From Alphaproteobacteria bacterium (lineage in GTDB: Bacteria > Pseudomonadota > Alphaproteobacteria > UBA2136 > JAPPOO01): 54,912 nucleotides of DNA. Positions 20,039 to 28,182 of this stretch are shown here, one piece after another. Below the pieces are notes generated by a model that saw only the letters and a program-made list of their open reading frames with translations, was not told the origin of the DNA and searched no databases. Within the stretch, counting starts at the first letter, position 1. Every line of letters begins with the position of its first letter. Position numbers and translations under genes: made by a program. Location: positions 1 through 54,912 of the forward strand of contig JAPPOO010000072.1 in the NCBI GenBank assembly GCA_028817875.1. Reading direction: 5' to 3'.

Positions 20039-22337
20039 TTTCGCCCTTTTCTTCTTTTTGGCTAAACCCTGCAATAAATTTCTCAAGCGTTGGCCATGTT
20101 AATCCAACATTATCTTTAATTAAAGCATGCGGTCCATCTTTAACCCAGTGCAATACTTTATCATCACTCCCCAGTGTATCATAAATTTTTTGTGCACTGC
20201 GCGGGTGCACCGTTTCATCCTGATCTCCCTGCAAGACGACCGTTGGCACCACAACATTTGATAGAATATTCTTAACATCTTGAATTAATAACCTAAGTTC
20301 GTTTAGTGCCTTAATAGGCATTGTATCGTAATTAACCCCAGGTTGACTGGTCTCTTCCCCGTAAAAAGATATAAAACTTGAAAGACCCGGTACGATACCA
20401 GCTACTTTATTGACTGTTTGAAGAAAAGGTAAAAAATGCATATTACGGTCTTGCACTTTAATTGCCGCCGAAACACAAGCCAGCCCTGCTAATTTATCTG
20501 GTTGCTCAGATGCTAATTTTAATGCCAGCGTACCACCTGTTGAAAAACCAACCACAACAACCCTATCCACATAAGACGCCAAAATATGGTAGCTCCGCCG
20601 TACCGATGCCATCCACTCAGCTTTTGTCCGCTGCGCTAAATCATATGGAGATGTGCCGTGCCCAGACAAACGCGCGCCCATAACCGTATACCCAAGGTGG
20701 TGCAAATGCCGCCCGAAGTCTTTCAGCTCTGATGGTGATGATGTAAACCCATGCACCAATAAAATACCTGTTTGTGCCTGACTTGTTGTTGCAATATGCG
20801 GTAAATAAAAATACGGGGCTCCGTCTTCTATTTTACCAAAATTACTCTTTAATTTTACGTGTTTCTCATCAAAATAACGCCGGTTAAGCTCAAAATTTCT
20901 CTTTTCATCATCGAATTGGTATCCTGCTAAAATAGATGGCTTAACACTTTCTTCTTCCCCTATTGCTTTTTCAACGGCTTGTTTAACAGCTGTGACATGC
21001 GCAACTTCATTCGCATAAACAGTAATTGGGTTTTCCCGTCGAATGGTTCCCTGAGCCTGCTCTACCTCCAACTTATCTAAAAATATGTAATTTTCTTCAT
21101 CTTCATCCATCAGCCCTACACGTGAACACTCTTGTACAAAGTGCATCAGCTCTTCGTTGGAGCCATCTAAGATGCCACGATAACGATCTGGCCAATGTAA
21201 ACTACGATGCAGCTTAACATCTCTACTTTTTTGAAGATTTTTGAGAGCTAAATAAAGCACCCGCTGAAAGTACCTGCGCGAAGCTGATTTTATACCGCTA
21301 TCAAGCAATGCAATAATAAGCGTGGATGCCAAATGCCCAAAATTAACCATAACACCTGTATAAATACTATGGCTATAAGCCTGCCTGATAGCATCTGTTT
21401 CTTGTTGGATTTTACCTAGAAGCATTTTTTCCTGCCATGTAGTTGCATGTTTATGTAAATCAAAAAGATCATTTAGCTCATGTACCTGAGTCTCAAAAAA
21501 GCTATTCAGCAACCACCGTTGCCACCAAGGCCAGCTATGCTTAAGTTCTATTGCATCCCCTACATGAATATCCATATCTGTATCCTTAAGCAGAATATTC
21601 CCTTCAATAATCAACTCTTCCAATGCTGTATCAGGCAAGTTTTTTGCAAAAAAAGAAACACTACGGCTCAAAAAGTTATCGTCTGTCCTTAGTGGATAAA
21701 ACGTGATGGTTGATGGCACAATCAAAGTTGGCTTACTCGCTTGGCGCAAAAGCTCTTGCGGGTCATCTATTTCCAATGCTTTACACCAATGTTCTATTCT
21801 TAAAGTATCACCTTCTTCAAAACGGGTACGAATACGGCGTTTAAACATATCTAACGTCAATGCTAGTGCTGCTGCACCACGATGAACTTCTTTAAAGTCA
21901 TTCCGGCTTTCTGAAAAAATATGGTAACGCCCATCTTTATTAAGGACATGCCGATCTTTAACAATTCTCCCTTCAGGAAAAATCATCACTTTTTGACCAC
22001 GCAAAATCTCTGCAGCCATAAATGGCAATAGCCCGGGCATATTATTGGGCACTGCTCCCATATCTATTAAAAACTTTGTTAAGCCTTCGCTCACATTGAA
22101 TAACTCATGATGGGCAATCGCACGGCAATGTTTGCCTGTTTCTTCATAAATAAGGTAAGGCGGTACGGCTGTTTCAAAACGTGCAAAATGGTTAAATAGA
22201 AAAATTTGCCCCTCATTAAGCAAGTGAATATTGTTATGAACCTTAAGGTTTACATGAAGACGGTCTTTCACTATACGCATTAGGCGCATATACCAATCGT
22301 AACTCTTCTTATTAATACGGAACTTATCGTGGTTCAT
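20031..22337 (-). CDS. Fusion protein: N-terminal PlsC-like acyltransferase + central unknown region + C-terminal alpha/beta-hydrolase (esterase/lipase-like), 768 aa
   Basis: N-terminus has NHFARFE and FPEGRIV blocks. C-terminus has LLVHGFTSSP, the nucleophile elbow GFSTGG, and D/H candidates (QGDQDE, GPHAL). Confidence 0.75.
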   Translation of the reverse strand: MNHDKFRINKKSYDWYMRLMRIVKDRLHVNLKVHNNIHLLNEGQIFLFNHFARFETAVPPYLIYEETGKHCRAIAHHELFNVSEGLTKFLIDMGAVPNNMPGLLPFMAAEILRGQKVMIFPEGRIVKDRHVLNKDGRYHIFSESRNDFKEVHRGAAALALTLDMFKRRIRTRFEEGDTLRIEHWCKALEIDDPQELLRQASKPTLIVPSTITFYPLRTDDNFLSRSVSFFAKNLPDTALEELIIEGNILLKDTDMDIHVGDAIELKHSWPWWQRWLLNSFFETQVHELNDLFDLHKHATTWQEKMLLGKIQQETDAIRQAYSHSIYTGVMVNFGHLASTLIIALLDSGIKSASRRYFQRVLYLALKNLQKSRDVKLHRSLHWPDRYRGILDGSNEELMHFVQECSRVGLMDEDEENYIFLDKLEVEQAQGTIRRENPITVYANEVAHVTAVKQAVEKAIGEEESVKPSILAGYQFDDEKRNFELNRRYFDEKHVKLKSNFGKIEDGAPYFYLPHIATTSQAQTGILLVHGFTSSPSELKDFGRHLHHLGYTVMGARLSGHGTSPYDLAQRTKAEWMASVRRSYHILASYVDRVVVVGFSTGGTLALKLASEQPDKLAGLACVSAAIKVQDRNMHFLPFLQTVNKVAGIVPGLSSFISFYGEETSQPGVNYDTMPIKALNELRLLIQDVKNILSNVVVPTVVLQGDQDETVHPRSAQKIYDTLGSDDKVLHWVKDGPHALIKDNVGLTWPTLEKFIAGFSQKEEKGEND

Positions 22338-22552
22338 CTATTTACAATTCTTTCTTCTCTATCTTATGTGATTGATCGCCTTATTTACCAGAGCTTTCCT
22401 GACCGTATTTATCCATATAAAACATAGCATTATGAAAAAATTTATTTATTGCAATGCAACATAACTTCTTTATCAAAATGACCAATACTTAAAGTTGCAC
22501 ATCTTTCTCCCTTTGGTTACAGTAGCGCAAAAGGATTTAAAAGGACTTGCCT

Positions 22553-23365
22553 ATGCGTACCCTGTTGTTGGTTTTATTTAGTTTAGTTATATTCCCTATT
22601 TCTTGGGGGCAAACAGCTCACCCTGGTGGTTTTCCTGAAGCGGCAGGCCCTGTAGCAACCCAAATTACAGACCTTTACAACTTTATTTTTTGGATTACAT
22701 GCGTTGTATTTTTTGTAGTTACCATTCCAATTTTATTCACAATTTACCGCTTTCGCCGTAAAAAGAACCCAAACCCTGCAAAATTTAGCCATAGCACAGC
22801 AGTTGAATTGGTTTGGACAATTATCCCAGCGCTCATTTGCGCCGTTATCACCTACCAATCATACAATGTTATGGTTCATTTAAATACCATGCCAGAAGAA
22901 GGCCTTACCGTAGAAGTTGTCGGCTACCAATTTGGATGGGATTTTTATTACCCTGATATGGGAGAAAGTGGTAATTATGTTGCCTCCCCTGAGCCAACAG
23001 AGGTGAATAAGAAGATTTCCCTCCCTGAGGTAGAGCGTTACACGAAAGAATTGGTTATCCCTGTAGATGTGCCTATCAAACTCCATGTCACAAGCCAAGA
23101 TGTTATCCATGCTTTCTACGCACCTGAGCTAGGCATGAAGATAGACGCTATGCCAGGACGCATTAACTACGCTTGGATTCAAGCAGATAAACCAGGAACA
23201 TACATTGGCCAATGCTATGAGCTATGTGGTAGCGCACATGGTGAAATGTTCTTTACCGTTAAAGCCGTTTCTATGGGACGCTTCGTTCAATTTGTAAATG
23301 AGCAACGGCAAGAAGCTGGCCTAAGCGTTCTACAACCAAAACAAATTATTGAGCGGTTAAGTTAA
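22553..23365 (+). CDS. coxB: Cytochrome c oxidase subunit II (CuA)
   Basis: Signal peptide and two TM helices. CuA site H-x34-CYELCGSAHGEM. AAAGGA-N7-ATG at 22553. Confidence 0.9.
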   Translation: MRTLLLVLFSLVIFPISWGQTAHPGGFPEAAGPVATQITDLYNFIFWITCVVFFVVTIPILFTIYRFRRKKNPNPAKFSHSTAVELVWTIIPALICAVITYQSYNVMVHLNTMPEEGLTVEVVGYQFGWDFYYPDMGESGNYVASPEPTEVNKKISLPEVERYTKELVIPVDVPIKLHVTSQDVIHAFYAPELGMKIDAMPGRINYAWIQADKPGTYIGQCYELCGSAHGEMFFTVKAVSMGRFVQFVNEQRQEAGLSVLQPKQIIERLS

Positions 23366-24062
23366 GAACTCCCAGCCCAGCAACAACGGCTGTATCAACG
23401 CGCAGTATTGTAGTCCCTAAACTTATAGAAACAATGCGCTGTTGCTGTACCAACCAACTAGCTTCATCAGGTGAAAAACCGCCTTCAGGCCCTACTAATA
23501 AAGCATAGTTGCTATTGTCTTTTTCTTTGATACCCCCCTCTTTCCGTTCAGCAGCCCAATAAATGGAACCATCAAAACTTTCTACTACTTCTCTCAACCC
23601 CATGGGTTTAAGTATTTTAGGGACATCCAAGCGTTCACACTGCTCAGCAGCTTCAACCGCAATGGCCTCCACCCGCTCTAAATTCAGCTTATCAGGTACG
23701 CAATATTCCATTAAAACGGGTTGAATTCTCGCAACACCTAATTCTGTCGCCTGTCGCAACACACGGTTCATCGTCTCTCGTTTTGGCAGACCGACCATAA
23801 GGGTCACGTTTTGAGAAGTTTCAAATGACTTAAGCTTTTCTTGAACCTCAGCGAACTTCGTGTTTTCGCCAATAACAGCAGAAAATAACCCGTCCTTTCC
23901 ATTAAACAGGGCAATGCTATCACCTTTTTTTAAGCGCAATACTTTACCCAACCTGTGGCTTAAAGCCGTGGGGAATTCCACATCACCGCCAGCAGTAAGA
24001 GGTGCATCCACATAAAAATGCCGAAGGCCGCTACCAACATGTTTAAGCTGTTTTTTAGACAT
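23346..24062 (-). CDS. rsmE: 16S rRNA (uracil1498-N3)-methyltransferase
   Basis: RsmE/SPOUT motifs are present (LLVGPEGGFSPDE, ILRVDTA). Its 3' end overlaps coxB convergently by 20 nt. Confidence 0.85.
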   Translation of the reverse strand: MSKKQLKHVGSGLRHFYVDAPLTAGGDVEFPTALSHRLGKVLRLKKGDSIALFNGKDGLFSAVIGENTKFAEVQEKLKSFETSQNVTLMVGLPKRETMNRVLRQATELGVARIQPVLMEYCVPDKLNLERVEAIAVEAAEQCERLDVPKILKPMGLREVVESFDGSIYWAAERKEGGIKEKDNSNYALLVGPEGGFSPDEASWLVQQQRIVSISLGTTILRVDTAVVAGLGVLNLTAQ

Positions 24063-24075
24063 CTTTCACACCAAC

Positions 24076-25056
24076 TTAGGCGCACTTGTTTTGGTTAAAC
24101 ATCTCTGGGTTTAAATCTTTTAATCGTGCCCCCATTTGCTGGATAACCTGCCCACCTAGTTTGTGACCATAACTAAGGCACACTGCCGGTTCTTTCTTTC
24201 TCAAATACCCCGCTAAAAACCCTGCGGCAAAAGCTTCACCTGCGCCTGTAACATCAATAGGGGTTTCTATTTTTTGGCACCCTAAAAATACTTCAGGCTG
24301 GCCAACAGCAATAAACCGCGCGCCATCACCACTCATTGTTTGAACACGCGGCGTTACTTGCCATTTTTCCCGCGCTTCTGACGTTAAAAGCTCCACTATC
24401 GCTTCAGCTTCTTCTGTATCAGAAAAAACAAGGTCAACGCCTAAAGTAATCACCTGATTAAACACATCAGCCGCTTTTTTCATCACTGTCGGCGGTGCCA
24501 GCATAAGCACAATTGAAACACCTTCAGCCTTTGCAATATTAATAGCCTCTAAAACGACATCGGCTTGGTCTAACAACGGATACCCTTCAATCAAAAGCGT
24601 TTTGCTTTGTTTAATAACATCCCTATCCAACCAATCGGACGTTATCACCGCAGACGTATCAGGCTCTACAAAAGTCCGTTCTCCATCTGGCGTTAACAAA
24701 ACAAAAATCTGAAACGTCCGCGCTGTTGCATCAGGCTTAGCCATGTACACACCCGCTTGTTCCATTTCTTCGTAAAAGTGCTGCCCTGCGGGGTCAGCTC
24801 CCACACGCCCTAAATGAGCCATTTTTAAGCCCAATTGCGCTAAACTGCTTCCCACATTTGCACCAGAACCACCCGCACTAAAGTGCTCAAGCATAATATC
24901 TTCGTTCAATGCCATAAGTTCACCGTGAGAGAAATGACGATAATCTGCTTTTTTAAGCTGGTACTTATTAAGTAACGCGTCATCCACCCGTACAAAGCCG
25001 TCTACAACAGCATTGCCAAGAATACATACATCAAACTTCTTTTCCATGGCGGGCAT
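24076..25056 (-). CDS. PfkB-family carbohydrate/nucleoside kinase
   Basis: PfkB signatures are present (GGSGANV, DVTGAGEAFAAGFL). GGAGG lies upstream of the ATG at 25056. The ORF-track extension to 25188 is probably not translated. Confidence 0.8.
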   Translation of the reverse strand: MPAMEKKFDVCILGNAVVDGFVRVDDALLNKYQLKKADYRHFSHGELMALNEDIMLEHFSAGGSGANVGSSLAQLGLKMAHLGRVGADPAGQHFYEEMEQAGVYMAKPDATARTFQIFVLLTPDGERTFVEPDTSAVITSDWLDRDVIKQSKTLLIEGYPLLDQADVVLEAINIAKAEGVSIVLMLAPPTVMKKAADVFNQVITLGVDLVFSDTEEAEAIVELLTSEAREKWQVTPRVQTMSGDGARFIAVGQPEVFLGCQKIETPIDVTGAGEAFAAGFLAGYLRKKEPAVCLSYGHKLGGQVIQQMGARLKDLNPEMFNQNKCA

Positions 25057-25120
25057 TCTGCCTCCAAAATAGTATAACGTCCACTTTTGTATTGCTAAAA
25101 AAAAGGGTAAGGTGTCGGCT

Positions 25121-26251
25121 ATGGTAGATACTCCAGCAGTTTTACAGCTTTGCCCTTCTCTGAAAGAAGGAGGTGTTGAACGCAGCACCCTTGAAATGGC
25201 GACATTTTTAGAAAAACAGGGCTGGAAATCTCATATTGCTGCCCATGCTGGCCCATTAACACAAATGTTACCGTTAGAAACAACTTTTCATCCACTCCCT
25301 CTACACCACAGAGACCCTTTTTTTACCATCTATAACGCCTACCGCATTGCGAAGCTTGTGCAAAAACATAATATCAGTTTTATCCATGCTCGTTCACGCG
25401 GCCCTGCTTGGTCAGCTTACCTTGCCAGCAAGTGGACAGGCACCCCCTACATCACAACTTTCCACAGCACCTATGGCCTTAAAGGCTTTGCAAAAAAAGC
25501 CTATAACAGCGTCATGGTCAAAGGTGCCCATGTTATTGCAAACTCACAGTTTATTAAAAACCATATCAGCGAAAATTACGGTATCCCTGCGGACCTAATC
25601 CCTATAGCCCCCAGAGGGTATGACCCGCATGTATTTTCGGCTAACAATATTTCCAATGAAGAACTTGCCAACTTAAAAGCATCTATGGGTATTATGAAAG
25701 ACGTCCCCATATTGTTATTAGTAGGGCGCATTTCCAGAAAAAAAGGGCAAAAAATACTCCTTGAGGCTTTGACACACCTAAAAGATTTACCATGGGTAGC
25801 ACTATTTGCAGGAGGGGCTGATAAAAAACAGACTTTTTTAGCGGAACTACAGAATTTTTGCCAAACACACAATATAGAAGACCGCGTTCACTGGCTTGGT
25901 AGCCGTACAGATGTTGCCAAGCTTTATGCGCTGGCAGATATTGCAATTTCCCCCTCTACAGAGCCGGAAGCCTTTGGCCGCGTTGCTGTAGAAGCCCAAG
26001 CTATGAAAACACCTATCATCGCAACAAACCATGGCGGCAGCCTTGAAACGGTGCAGGATGGCATCACTGGTTGGCTTATTCCGCCCGATAACCCCGAAAT
26101 TTTAGCAAAAACAATACGTAAGGCGTTGACCGATACCAAACGGTTATCCACAATGGGTGACGAAGCGTACCGGTGGGTTTCTGAACACTTTACAACAGAA
26201 ATGACCTGTCAGAAAGAATTTGCCGAGTACCAACATATTATAAAAAAGTAA
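25121..26251 (+). CDS. Glycosyltransferase family 4 (LPS/core-type)
   Basis: GT-B fold with the E-x7-E region (STEPEAFGRVAVEAQAM). The N-terminal GGVERSTLE is typical of this family. The start could be GTG 25112 or ATG 25121. Confidence 0.85.
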   Translation: MVDTPAVLQLCPSLKEGGVERSTLEMATFLEKQGWKSHIAAHAGPLTQMLPLETTFHPLPLHHRDPFFTIYNAYRIAKLVQKHNISFIHARSRGPAWSAYLASKWTGTPYITTFHSTYGLKGFAKKAYNSVMVKGAHVIANSQFIKNHISENYGIPADLIPIAPRGYDPHVFSANNISNEELANLKASMGIMKDVPILLLVGRISRKKGQKILLEALTHLKDLPWVALFAGGADKKQTFLAELQNFCQTHNIEDRVHWLGSRTDVAKLYALADIAISPSTEPEAFGRVAVEAQAMKTPIIATNHGGSLETVQDGITGWLIPPDNPEILAKTIRKALTDTKRLSTMGDEAYRWVSEHFTTEMTCQKEFAEYQHIIKK

Positions 26252-26293
26252 TGCATTCCCTTAACAAAGGAAGCGCACAAAGGAGAATATATT

Positions 26294-26770
26294 GTGAAAC
26301 GCTGTATGGTTGCTCTGGATATCCAAAATTTTTTCAAACCATCCCCAGGAGTTGTTCATCAAGTCAACCAACTGGCCTTGCAAATTCCCACAGTCGCCAC
26401 CCTCTTTAAACACCAAGAAGATATTGTCCCTCTCGATAAATTGACCGATAAATCTTGGCCAAGCGACGATGACTGTCTTGTCAGCACATCATCCGTATTC
26501 TACAAGCATGGCTACGGGCTCCCTAAGGAAGTTATCAGCTGGCTTAAAGAACAAAAAGCCGACGAAGTTTTACTCACTGGCGGGCATACTGATGCTGCCG
26601 TACTTGCCGCAGGGTTTGACCTTTTTGATGCTGGTGTTATACCGGTTATGGTGCCTATGCTTTGCTACGGAAATGATTGGTACATGCACACAGTAACAAC
26701 AGGTATTTGGAGCCAAGAAATTGGAAAAGTTTTTGAGTCCACTGCCGAGCTCCAATTTTCCGCTGCTTAA
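26294..26770 (+). CDS. Isochorismatase-like (cysteine-hydrolase fold) protein, catalytic Cys apparently replaced (158 aa)
   Basis: AAGGAG-N8-GTG. VALDIQNFF and LLTGGHTDAAVLAAGFDLFDAG resemble the D-K-C family, but Ala sits where the nucleophile Cys is expected. Confidence 0.5.
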   Translation: MKRCMVALDIQNFFKPSPGVVHQVNQLALQIPTVATLFKHQEDIVPLDKLTDKSWPSDDDCLVSTSSVFYKHGYGLPKEVISWLKEQKADEVLLTGGHTDAAVLAAGFDLFDAGVIPVMVPMLCYGNDWYMHTVTTGIWSQEIGKVFESTAELQFSAA

Positions 26771-26804
26771 ACTTGGTTAATGCCTCATCTCATAAGTTAG
26801 GGCA

Positions 26805-27722
26805 ATGAAACAAGTATTGATTATTCTGGAAGATGTTATGAGCCGCTTTGTGCAGGCTACGGGGACTATTCAGGATATTAAAGAATTCCACCGCAATGAC
26901 CATGTGACATTACTAACAACATCCAACTTAAAATACCTCGCGGAAAAAAATCCTCACATAGACCAAGTTGTTTACGATAGAGGTAAACCTTTTTGGCACC
27001 TTCTATACCTGTGGCAAATGAAAAAATTTCTCGGCCAGTTTGAACGCATTTACGATTTACAGCATGACAGCCGTAGTAAACTCTATATGAAATTAAGCAA
27101 CCCCGAAATTTGGTGTAGCAGCCATACCGATGCAGGACTTTATGTAAACCCTCAAGTGTTTAAAGAAAATCCTATGGAAGACGCTCTGCGCGTTCAATTA
27201 AGTATGGCTAAAATTCCAGCAAAACATAGACCAGACCTCAGCTACGCAGCCCAACCAGCTCTAGATAAATTAGAAGAACTTAACCTTGAGCCAAATAAAT
27301 TTATTGTACTTGTCCCCGGCAGCCGAAGAAAACACCTCCAAAGGCGATGGCCTCATTTTGCTAAGCTAGGAGCCTTACTAAAAGCAGAGGGATATCAAGT
27401 AGCTATTGTTGGAAGCGCTGATGAAGAACGTCTTGTTTACGAATTATCTGAAACTTTGGACGCTCCACTTATCTACAACCTTCCCCTTCCCCAACTTATT
27501 GATATTTTTCAATACGCCAAAGCTGTGATTGGGAATGATACAGGCCCATTCCACCTAGCTTCAGCCAGTGGCACAGAAGGCATTATTTTGTTTGGGCCAG
27601 ACCCTGCAGCTACACGCCATACCCCTCACCTTACCAATGTGCAGGTCATTCAAAACACTGATGATTTATCGGCTATTTCGCCACAGACTGTTATGAAAAA
27701 CCTTATAACAAGCCTTGCATAA
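26805..27722 (+). CDS. Glycosyltransferase family 9 (heptosyltransferase-like)
   Basis: GT9 pattern LVPGSRRKHLQRRWP...VAIVGSADE...GNDTGPFHLASASG. Confidence 0.8.
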   Translation: MKQVLIILEDVMSRFVQATGTIQDIKEFHRNDHVTLLTTSNLKYLAEKNPHIDQVVYDRGKPFWHLLYLWQMKKFLGQFERIYDLQHDSRSKLYMKLSNPEIWCSSHTDAGLYVNPQVFKENPMEDALRVQLSMAKIPAKHRPDLSYAAQPALDKLEELNLEPNKFIVLVPGSRRKHLQRRWPHFAKLGALLKAEGYQVAIVGSADEERLVYELSETLDAPLIYNLPLPQLIDIFQYAKAVIGNDTGPFHLASASGTEGIILFGPDPAATRHTPHLTNVQVIQNTDDLSAISPQTVMKNLITSLA

Positions 27723-27758
27723 GCACTGCCTACTTGCATTCCACCATTTATTTATTTA

Positions 27759-28067
27759 ATGCTAGAAATTATGCGTCTATTTGTAGTTTTTTGTCTATGT
27801 TTGATACTTTCTGCTTGTACAGAACCTATGAAACATTCTTGGAACAATACAATGGATGACTTAGCCAACTACGATAGAAGCAATTGGTGGCGTTTTTTTG
27901 GTGGCGAGGAAATGCTCGCCCAAACAGAGTGGGCACTTAAATTCAAGCCAAAAGTGCATTACCGCCCGCCTCCTGTTTCTTGCTCACAGGTTGAATGGCA
28001 ACAACGCTATGTTGAAACAGGTGGAGAGTGGCGCATTGTTCATCAGCCAATCTGCCTAAATCCTTAG
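27759..28067 (+). CDS. Small lipoprotein, hypothetical
   Basis: Lipobox LILSAC after a hydrophobic signal sequence. The start may instead be the ATG at 27771. Confidence 0.55.
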   Translation: MLEIMRLFVVFCLCLILSACTEPMKHSWNNTMDDLANYDRSNWWRFFGGEEMLAQTEWALKFKPKVHYRPPPVSCSQVEWQQRYVETGGEWRIVHQPICLNP

Positions 28068-28128
28068 GTTTTTAGCACTTTACACTTGTCAGCCTTTTAA
28101 ATTTCTTTAAAATACTTTCCGTTAAGTG

Positions 28129-28151
28129 GCTTCCCTTTGGTAGTGGGAGGC
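28129..28151 (+). promoter_or_regulatory. thrS leader hairpin with tRNA-Thr(GGU) anticodon-loop-like apex
   Basis: A 7-bp stem GCTTCCC/GGGAGGC carries the loop TTTGGTAGT (GGT at 28139-41). It lies about 30 nt upstream of the thrS ATG. Confidence 0.2.
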
Positions 28152-28182
28152 TCAAAACCAAATAAATAAAGGAAATGTAACA

